Below, in pieces: positions 38,870 through 48,092 of a stretch of 64,000 bases of DNA. This stretch comes from Tubulanus polymorphus. Taxonomy: Eukaryota > Animalia > Nemertea. Where the stretch lies: positions 17,322,560-17,386,559 of the forward strand of contig NC_134027.1 of the NCBI RefSeq assembly GCF_964204645.1, read 5' to 3'. The notes below the pieces were generated by a model, which was given only the letters and a program-made list of their open reading frames with translations, was not told the DNA's origin and did no database searches. Both the position numbers and the translations under genes were made by a program. The number at the start of each line of letters is the position of its first letter. The stretch's first letter is position 1.

Positions 38870-39091
38870 TTATATGGGAGGAATATATTTTTGTTTTTCC
38901 AAATAATCAATAGTTAAATTAGATAAAGTAACTGCTAATGTTAATTTTAAAATATCATTTATATCAAATCTATCAACATTAACACTTCCCATTTTGAATA
39001 CTTTTTTTAATACCATTGAATAACCAACAGTTCCAACTGATAGTAATGCGCCATTATATAATCCCGTTATTATCCACTTATTATCACTCAT
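38870..39091 (-). CDS. 73-aa hydrophobic protein
   Basis: Intact, TAAATG start, conserved in copies B and D. Confidence 0.7.
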   Translation of the reverse strand: MSDNKWIITGLYNGALLSVGTVGYSMVLKKVFKMGSVNVDRFDINDILKLTLAVTLSNLTIDYLEKQKYIPPI

Positions 39092-39433
39092 TTATTTATC
39101 AAAAAAATTACTATCATCAAAATATTTAGTTATCTTATTTATGATTAATTCAACATTTATTTCATTACTACTTTTATGATTATCATATATTTTGGATAAT
39201 ATGTTTTTAATATCATCAATAATTCCATCTTCATTTAATTCATAATATTCTAAAGGTGATTTAATTAAATCAATGACTTTTTCTATATTATAATTTTCTT
39301 TATCAATCATTGACGCATTGTTAAATGATTTACTTTTTATATCAGTAATTACATCATTTAGTTTAATTCTCATTTCTTTACCATGTTTAAAATCAAACCC
39401 AAAACATATACTCGGTCCAACAGTTATATTCAT
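39092..39433 (-). CDS. 113-aa hypothetical protein
   Basis: Intact, T-run/TAAATG start, conserved in copies B and D. Confidence 0.7.
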   Translation of the reverse strand: MNITVGPSICFGFDFKHGKEMRIKLNDVITDIKSKSFNNASMIDKENYNIEKVIDLIKSPLEYYELNEDGIIDDIKNILSKIYDNHKSSNEINVELIINKITKYFDDSNFFDK

Positions 39434-39450
39434 TTATATAGTGAAAAAAA

Positions 39451-40203
39451 TTACTCTCTACATCTTATAACTAATTCATAAATTACAGGGAAATTATTTA
39501 AATCAATTAAGTATCCATTATGATTTCTAATTTCTAATCTAAAATTATTAAAACGAGGAATGCATGGTTTGAAATCACATTCTGTTAAATTATAATTTAT
39601 TTGCGTTCCAAATTCTTTAACATTCTTCAATGGTAAAATGTTTAGTAAACCAGAATTACAAGTTATATCTTTAGTTGCTTCGAATGTTTTTGTAGGATCG
39701 ATTAAATTGCAATAAATATAAAAATGTTTGTAAGGTATTAAGTTTGGTGTAGCATCAACATTTGAATAAAGTTTATCTGATGTAATTCCTAACAGTTTAG
39801 CAATAGGTTTTTTAACTAAAAATTGATATTTCTCACTACGAGTTAACCTAATCCTTATTCTATCAGAACTATCACTTTTTAAAAATCTAATACTAAACCC
39901 GGAATAACTACCTAATTTGTGCCAGGCTTTTCTATTAATTTCTTGTGACAATGTATCTAAATTATATAACCCTGGTTTTAGATATAAATGATTTTTTTTT
40001 TTTTTTTCCTGAACTATAAACAATTTATGATCAATAGTTTTATCCGTTATATTATAAAAAGAATTACATAAACTTATATTTACTAATTTTAAATCAACAC
40101 AATTCTTGAATTCTCTATCTAATTGAACTAGTAAATTATGAGATTTATAATTTGTAAGTCTTCTAGAATCTACAAATATTCTGTATTCTTTTAATTCTAC
40201 CAT
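39451..40203 (-). CDS. Putative minor capsid (penton-like single jelly-roll) protein
   Basis: Intact 250 aa with IFVDSR, PGLYN, YIYCNLI, LEIRNHNG.LIDLNN motifs. Confidence 0.72.
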   Translation of the reverse strand: MVELKEYRIFVDSRRLTNYKSHNLLVQLDREFKNCVDLKLVNISLCNSFYNITDKTIDHKLFIVQEKKKKNHLYLKPGLYNLDTLSQEINRKAWHKLGSYSGFSIRFLKSDSSDRIRIRLTRSEKYQFLVKKPIAKLLGITSDKLYSNVDATPNLIPYKHFYIYCNLIDPTKTFEATKDITCNSGLLNILPLKNVKEFGTQINYNLTECDFKPCIPRFNNFRLEIRNHNGYLIDLNNFPVIYELVIRCRE

Positions 40204-40217
40204 TTATTTTACATATC

Positions 40218-40571
40218 TTATTCGAAATCTATTTCATGATGCCCTTTTTCATTCTTACCTTTGTATACGAAATAGAAATCTCCAGAACATAATTCTTCTA
40301 AATCTTCACTTGATAATCTATGAAATCTATCCGGTAAATATGTTCTGAATTTATGTGTATTTCCTTTTAATCCTTCATATTCTAAGTGTATAACTAATTT
40401 ATCTCCATAGTTATTAGTAACTGTATCAATATTTGTAATTAGATATTTCTTATGGATTGTTAATTCTGTTAACTTTTTGAATTTATAATCTACAGATTTT
40501 ACATTTGTTATATCTTTAATTCTATCTAGAAATAATTTGTTGTTCTCACTGTTTGATTGTTTACTCTCCAT
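40218..40571 (-). CDS. Small conserved MESKQ-family protein
   Basis: Intact; homolog of 13034-13375. Confidence 0.7.
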   Translation of the reverse strand: MESKQSNSENNKLFLDRIKDITNVKSVDYKFKKLTELTIHKKYLITNIDTVTNNYGDKLVIHLEYEGLKGNTHKFRTYLPDRFHRLSSEDLEELCSGDFYFVYKGKNEKGHHEIDFE

Positions 40572-40600
40572 TTTAATAACATATTTTTATTAAAATTTGA

Positions 40601-43600
40601 TTAACACGTTAGAATTCTTTTCATTATCTCATTCTCTTTTGTTTCTTCTCTTTTAAATTTTAAGTATTCATCTAAATTACAACCATAAGCAACTGTATGA
40701 ATTCCATCATCTAAAATATATCTTTTATCATCAAATGGGTTTAGACTTATCTTTTCTATCTCTTCAATAAACATTTCATGATCTTCAGATCTTAAACATC
40801 TCATCTTATGTTTTCTAACTTCTTCATTGAATATACAATTGATGTAATCTTTGAAATGAATATTCTTTTCTACTACACTTTTGGTTATTCCTTTTAACTT
40901 TTTAGCTTCATGTTCTTTAGTTTTATATGAATACATTTTAGATCGAATACCTATGAATTCAATCATTTCTTCACCACCTAATTCATCTTTGAATTTACCG
41001 GGAACTTTTTTATTATCATTGCTAAACAATTCATGATTTTTAGGATAATTACTAAAATCAAAATGATGTTTTAATGTTTTTAAATCATCAGTTATGTTAT
41101 CAGTTTTTATCTTTAATATGTAAGAATCGGTATCAAAATATAATATTTCTATATGTTTTTCTCCAAAAAGTGGTTGTAATACATTATAATAGAATTCATA
41201 CATTAGTAATTTTGATAATTCTAAAACTGAAGCGCCAACATAGATATGTTTATTAAATTTCATTGATGTTCTTCTCATCTTAACTGCAGCTAAATTTTCA
41301 TCAAATATTCTGTTACCAATGAACTTAGGATATGATTGTAAATGTCTAATTCTTTTACCATTACTAACTAACTCAATATCATTTCTATTTCTAATATTTT
41401 CACAAGTCTTACCATAGAATGCATTATTCATTAACTTGAAGAAATCTTTCTCGAAATCAGTTTTAGCTTCAGTTCTCTGTTTGGTGTTAAAATCTATATA
41501 TTTTTCTAACCACTTAGATTGACTAAATGAAATATATCTATGTACTTTTTTTAGAATCATTCCTTGTTTTAGATAAAACTTCAACATTCTATAATGTACT
41601 ACATAATTATATTTATCTTCCTGAGTTACCATTAACTTTTCTGTATGAATATGATTTTCGGGTTTAATTCTTTTTTGGTAATTTGATAATTCTTCATGAG
41701 TTACAGTTTTATGTTCGGGACAGTAAGCTAGAAATCTAGATTTAAATTTAATATGTTCAGGATATTCTAAATCTACAACAAAGAAGTAACCAGTATCTGA
41801 ATCATCTGCAATATCTAGGATTCTTTTCTTCCAATCAAATTTATCATTATTTTCATTCTGTAAAACTTCAGTTAATTCAAATACTCCATAAGGTGTGGTT
41901 CCATCATTGCCCAACCATACAAATTATTTGCATCTATATATAATAACTTATATCCAGGGTTATCATTTACATTGAAATATCTATCACCTAATACACCTGA
42001 AACACCTCCTCTTATAGATTTTTCAAATAATAATAATTGATCTATATTTGTTAACAAATCCATTTTTATATTTGTAAATTTTAATCCACAATCCCATGTT
42101 AATCCTGGTGATGAATAACAATGACAAGGATCAATATTGAAATATTTTAGGTTAACATCTCTAAACCTTTCGAATATATCGGTTAATAATAATACATCTG
42201 ATTTTAAATATAAATCTACTAATTGTCCATGATTTTCTATTTTGAAATGATTCCAAATATTCAATGTTCTATTATAGACTTCATCTTTAACATATTCATT
42301 TTTTAATTCATCATAGAATTGTTCTTTTAATAATTCAGTTATGTTAAAATCATTATGATTTATAGAAAGAATATGGAATTGCTCCTTTATATCTCATTAA
42401 TTGAAAATCACCATTATTTGGTTGCTTTAATATTTTCAATTCATCATAAACTAATGATTTTGATAAGTTATCTAATGAACTATTTAAAAATCTATATGAA
42501 TCTATAAATCTTAGGCAACCAAATTGGAATGATATATAATTCTCAGATGTTTAGCTAACGTTCTAAATTTATAAGTTGGTATTTTATCTTTAGATCTATT
42601 TGAATTTAATATTTCTATTTCATTATTGATTTCTTCTATTTTATAGCATAACTGTTTGATGAATAAATGTGCATCATATCCTGATAGATTATGAAATATA
42701 ACTGGTACAAAGTTAATTTTCTTAGCTTGTAAGTTACAATTCTCATGTGCAGCGCCTCTAAACTTTCCATTCAAATGATCATGGTCTCTTACTTTTTTAT
42801 CTTTATAATTAAATATCTTTTCACAATAATAACATTTATCTGCAAACTCAAATGCTTCTTTATCTTCTTCTGTCATTATAATTTCTATATTTGTATTCAA
42901 TAATTTACTAAATCTTATTTCATATTCAATTAATAAGTCACAAAAATGATTGATAACATTTTCATTTCTATAATTATAATATTCACTTTCAATTAGTTCT
43001 GGATAATCAGATTTAATATATAACCCGAAAGCAGCAGCTGATTGATGAATCTTTTTAATAGTATTTGTTTTTGGTGGTTCATCTGAAAAATCATTTTCAT
43101 TAGAATTTAATTTCTTTCTCTTATAATATATTTCTTTTCTATCTTGATCAGTTAATTCTTTATTTAATGATTCAAAATCTCCATATATAACAAATGGTAC
43201 TTTATTTTTGTAGTCATATTTTTTGAATTCTAATATTTTATCTTTTTCATTTGGTAAAACTAATTTACAATAATCATGATTTTCACATAATTGTTTATGA
43301 TTTAATAACGTACTTTCATTACTGAATCTATGTAAACATTTTCTACAAAGATATATTTTATGGTGATCATTTTCTGATTTAAAAAATAAATCGATTTGTT
43401 TAATCCACATATAATGATTCTCATAATATAGTATATCTATAACATCATTTGAATCATAATCTTTTGATAGATATAAAGGTTCTAATGTATAATGTTTTAT
43501 GTTGTTACCTTTTGTATTTGGTAATTTGATTAAATCAAATACATTTATCTTTATATTATTATCTCTTTCTATTTTTGGGATGTTTTTAATTATAACAGGA

Positions 43601-44628
43601 TACTTATCTATCTTATAATTTTTTTCAAATTGTTTATAATGAGTTAATCTAAAACTATGTGTAATATCTACTGTTGGATGTAAACAACTTATTATAGCCC
43701 ATAGAAAATATTTACTATCAAAATTTTGTACATTTATTACAGCATTAGTTTTAAATGGTAGTTTGATATAACTCGATGCTTCAATATCTGGTTCTTTATA
43801 ATATGATACATTATTTTCATCGATTGGTTTTGATTTAGTTAACTTATTATATTTTGTGTTATAAACATGTAAAGTCATAAATATTATCTCATCAAATATT
43901 AAACCAGATCCTTCAAAATATTTCTCTTCTATTTTAGTTTTTACTTCATTATAACATTTATCTAATTTATCATCTATATGTTGTTTAGATATAATATGTT
44001 GTGAATGAGAATTTATATTAAATATTGGTTTATCTTCAGATTTTATAAACTTTACTTTAACTGATATACTTATTTTAGGATATTCAACATCTGTAATTAT
44101 TTTTATTATTTCTTTCATATTTTCTAAATGTTTTTTATTTTCTTCTAATGTTTTTCCTTTATGAAATTTAAACTCGATAGCTGCTGGACCAATATCACTT
44201 TTAAATGCTTCGGTTATCTCTATATCTTTTTTATTATCTTATGAATTAATATAATTTCTTACATCTTCCATGTATGGTCTTTTATTGTTTAATTTATTTT
44301 TTATGTTTTTAATTGTCTTCTGTTTCTTATCGTTATCATTATCAAAATAATCTTCACCTAAAATATCATTATTCTTATTTCTAATATGACTTATAGATTT
44401 TGAATGTTCTTTATAATATCTTTTATCACTGAATGATTGATTACATGTATCACATTTGTATTTTTCTTTTTCATTCTTTAATTCATCTAATTTAGTTTCT
44501 AATATATCATCTTCATATTCTAGTTTCAATTTATTCTCTAAATGTGTTTTAGTTTTATTGTGTCTTGCTTTTTGGGATTTATCTATGTTGATATTACATG
44601 TTGGACAGTAGTACTTATTTGCTTCCAT
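40601..44628 (-). pseudogene. Protein-primed DNA polymerase B with N-terminal Zn fingers and an endonuclease VII-like insert; ~4 frameshifts
   Basis: YGDFES (ExoI), DHDHLNGKFRGAAHENCN, FHNLSGYD (ExoII), YLKSDV (ExoIII), DANNLYG, KLMNNAFYGK, YFDTDS. Confidence 0.95.
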
Positions 44629-44634
44629 TTTAAT

Positions 44635-45113
44635 ACTAAATTTTTTATTAAAATTGATTTTAGAAGTTCAATGATTTAAATGTTATTCATGTACATGATT
44701 ATTTTAAGAGTAATAGGGGTAATGGGCTTTCATATCAAAGGTTGAATGGTCGAGCTCATTAAAAACAAATATTAAAAGTAATTTAAAACTATAATATATT
44801 TTCATAACCGCGTGCATTTCAGTTGAATAATAGAATAATTATCATTATTTGAATATATTTGATTATATGAATTTGTGTATTGTAAATAAATCAATTGGTC
44901 GCGGAGCGGAGCGGTAGCGAAGTGGAGCGACCAATTGATTTATTTACAATATGCTTTTTAAATTATTGATATCTTAGAATAAATATTTAGTTTTAATATA
45001 AAATGCACGCGGTTATGAAAATATATTATAGTTTTTAATTACTTTTAATGTTTTGTTTTTTAATGAGCTCGACCTTTCGACCTTTGGTATGAAAGCCCAT
45101 TACCCCTATTACT
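44635..45113. repeat. Right TIR of copy C containing a 405-bp fold-back hairpin (44709-45113)
   Basis: AGTAATAGGGGTAATGGGCTTTCATA...TATGAAAGCCCATTACCCCTATTACT; inner stem ATTGTAAATAAATCAATTGGTCGC / GCGACCAATTGATTTATTTACAAT. Confidence 0.93.
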
Positions 45114-45834
45114 CAGCCAAAAAATTACAGAATAAACATTGAGGTAAATCGTCTGGGTGGTGCATGATTTCGATGGTGGACATGTACATAGAATGTACAT
45201 GTTTCTTGGCATTCGGATGATGATAAGTTAGTTCTGATGACGGAATGACGGAAGGTTGAGGAATAATGACTGGTTTCTGTAATTCGGATGACGGAGTGGC
45301 AGAAGGTCGAGAAATGGTCGCAGGTTTGACGGCTGATGATGGAGTGGTAAACGGAAGTGAAGACGTAGCTAAAATATTGTCCATCACTGGGTTCTTTGTG
45401 ACGACACGACGTTCAGGCGTGACGGCTGCCTTCAGAGTTGATGGTTCGCCTCGCTTGGCTATCTCGGTCGCAACAAAATTCAAAAATGAGGTCTTCGGTG
45501 GCGGAGGACCTGACACATCTGGAAACACTGGCTCCGAAACAGACACGTCGTCAATTGGTGCTAAATCATCTGATGTGATCAACTCCGAAATACTTCTACC
45601 AATAGTATCGTCACGATGCTTCTTCTTGATATGTGTGCGGGTGGTGTCATATGCTTTGGACGAGTAGTTGCAGATCTTACATCGAAAACTTTCGTTCTCA
45701 CGATCAGGGTTTTTATCACATACTCGCAGATGTCTGCCTCGACTCGTCGATATAGAAAACCTGCCATTGCAGTACTTACATGACCATTTTTCAACTTCCG
45801 ACTTCATAGTACTGGAAAATAAAAATTCATGCAA
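45114..45834 (-). CDS. Extra C2H2 Zn-finger ORF (ORF3) of the Gypsy element, cut by the Polinton
   Basis: CKYC...HLRVC and CKIC...HIKKKH fingers, Pro/Ser-rich linker; its stop lies within the Polinton TIR; plausible continuation at 27217-27068 (QRLAEK...CELCNIC). Confidence 0.65.
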
Positions 45835-45864
45835 GTATTAATTAGCAGCCTGAATTGCTACGGC

Positions 45865-46369
45865 TTATAAAAGCCATTCGCCGAGGCGATCTGGACGTCT
45901 TGTCTGTCGGCCTGAGGATGTTATGACCGGCTGATGCATGGTCTGCGTTTCGACATCATCAGCGACAGTCGGCTCAGAAACATATGGCTTTAGCCAATCA
46001 TAATGGACCTTAATCGATCTGTGAGCACCAGGTTCAGAGATTTCGTACACGACGTCATTAAACAAACTCTTGATGACATTCGGCCCATGCCAATGACACG
46101 ACAATTTTGACGATCGGCCTGCCTTGACTGCAGGTTTGTGTACCCAGACCAGATCGCCAATTCTGTACCTCAGACCATGGGCCTTCATGTCGTAGTTTCT
46201 CTTGTTGCGTTTTGCTCTGAGAGCCAGGTGTTTGCGAGTTTGATGAAACGCTGATCTTAACCTGTCCTGTAGCTCCAGGCTATAAGTTTTGATAGGTACA
46301 GATACGTTTGTGATAGGGCCGCCAAAGATTATATCGATAGGCAGATTCACTTCTCTGCCAAACATTAAA
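45865..46369 (-). pseudogene. Gypsy integrase C-terminus
   Basis: LMFGRE..LP.D, YRIGDLVW, KL...WHGP (GPF/Y-like), VHYD.LKPY. Confidence 0.88.
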
Positions 46370-48092
46370 TAATAAAGAAGTTTCCAGTTTCTAGGCGCCA
46401 TTTTGTGGCGGTCCCTCGAGGTCCCTATTGTTGCGATAATTTGCGCTCAATTTTAAAACATAATTTTAGATTGAATATCATATAGTTCTGCAGTCCCTTG
46501 CTCGACGAAATCAATTTATACACCATTTTAAAGGAAATTAAATGCAGATATTTGCTGGCGATTCTTGGAATTTTTGAACGCAACAATTGAGAACAGTGAC
46601 GATGTGAAACCAAGGACCGCATATCTTAACCGTGCGTAAAAGAAATTGCAATATTTATTAATTTTAAAATATCTAAGTATCTCTTAAAGCTATATTTCCA
46701 ATTTTCTCAGAGGTTAAAGAGGGTTATTTGCAGTTAAAGCCTGCGTTGAATTTTTTAAAATATCTTTCCTGACGACTGATCTGTACCCGCTTGAGTTTGA
46801 GATTACGCGCGAAAGGGGTCTCCCACTGCGCACCGCCATTTCACTGAACATTGAGATTTGTGAAAAGAAATCGCAAAAATAAGATTTTATACTGGTTTGT
46901 AATTATCAATATTGCTTCTGATGGTTATATATTACCTTTATTTTCATATGGTTGAAAATGGACTTTGAGTGCTTTTTGATGAATTCGAGTTTGTGGCGTT
47001 GGGAAATTAAAGGATTTCTTGTTAGAGTGGGGACTTTCTGTGTTGGTTGCAAATGTGGCCTAGTTGAGAACCTAATTTGCGTTTCAACCGAATGTACCAC
47101 TCATGGTTGGACACTAGAAAAAAATCTAAGTTTTTATATAGTTTTGAATATGCGGCGCAGCTGAAAGTTGCCAAACTGGACGTTGACCCCCTAAAACAGA
47201 ATATCAAATGGGGGACAGATATGAACCCCTTTAAATATTATATTGGAATTTTATATCAGTAAGGTTTTCTGGTCGATGTTTTCCAGCAAGAAGGTTGAGA
47301 TTCATTAAATTCATCGTATGATCCCAGAATGAGGGATTACCAGAGAGAGATATGTGTTAAATATGTCCTAAGCGTTTAAATTGACTGGCACATTTCACCA
47401 TCGACTCTAAAACGTTTGATTTCACCGAACACAAAATCGGCGCTAGGCTGGACGGGCTGTATACGACAATTCCTCAACTGGGGCGTTCACACTTCAATAG
47501 CGGGACAAACCGGATCCCGAAACCAGATTAACGAATTGCTCCCACCAAAATACGGTACAAAGAAGATATGGATTATCATCTCAAAATATCCCCATGGAAA
47601 ATGTGAAGAAATCAAAATGGATTTAAAAATTTCTTGTCGCAAATCTCAATGTTCAGTGAAATTGCAATGCGCAGTGGGAGACCCCTTTTGCGCGTAATCT
47701 CAAACTCAAGCGGGTACAGATCAGTCGTCAGGAAAGATATTTTAAAAAATTCAAATGGAAATGGAAATATAGCTTTAAGAGATACTAAGATATTTTAAAA
47801 TTAATAAATATTGCGATTTCTTTTACGCACGGTTAAGACATGCGGTCCTTGGTTTCACATCGTCACTGTTCTCAATTGTTGCGTTCAAAAATTCCAAGAA
47901 TCGCCAGCAAATATCTGCATTTCATTTCCTTTACAATGGTGTGTAAATTGATTTCGTCGAGCAAGGGACTGCAGAACTATATGATATTCAATCTAAACTT
48001 ATGTTTTAAAAATGAGCGCAAATTATCGCAACAATGGGGACCTCGCGGGACCGCCACAAAATGGCGCCTAGAAACTGGAAACTTCTTTATTA
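46370..48092. mobile_element. Non-autonomous fold-back DNA transposon with ~480-bp TIRs inserted in the Gypsy integrase
   Basis: 46370-46870 is the reverse complement of 47630-48092; removal restores STGFSPNYLMFGR; no transposase ORF. Confidence 0.9.

Larger units (their letters stand above)
27220..45113. mobile_element. Polinton/Maverick-like endogenous virus, copy C (near full length, 17.9 kb)
   Basis: ~500-bp TIRs starting AGTAAT; convergent arms HNH-integrase-ATPase (+) and pPolB-penton-membrane proteins-MCP-MEGG (-); several frameshifts; no TSD found. Confidence 0.95.

Noticed and set aside
27214-45119. 6-bp target-site duplication for copy C
   Set aside because: Flanks GCTGAG and CAGCCA do not match
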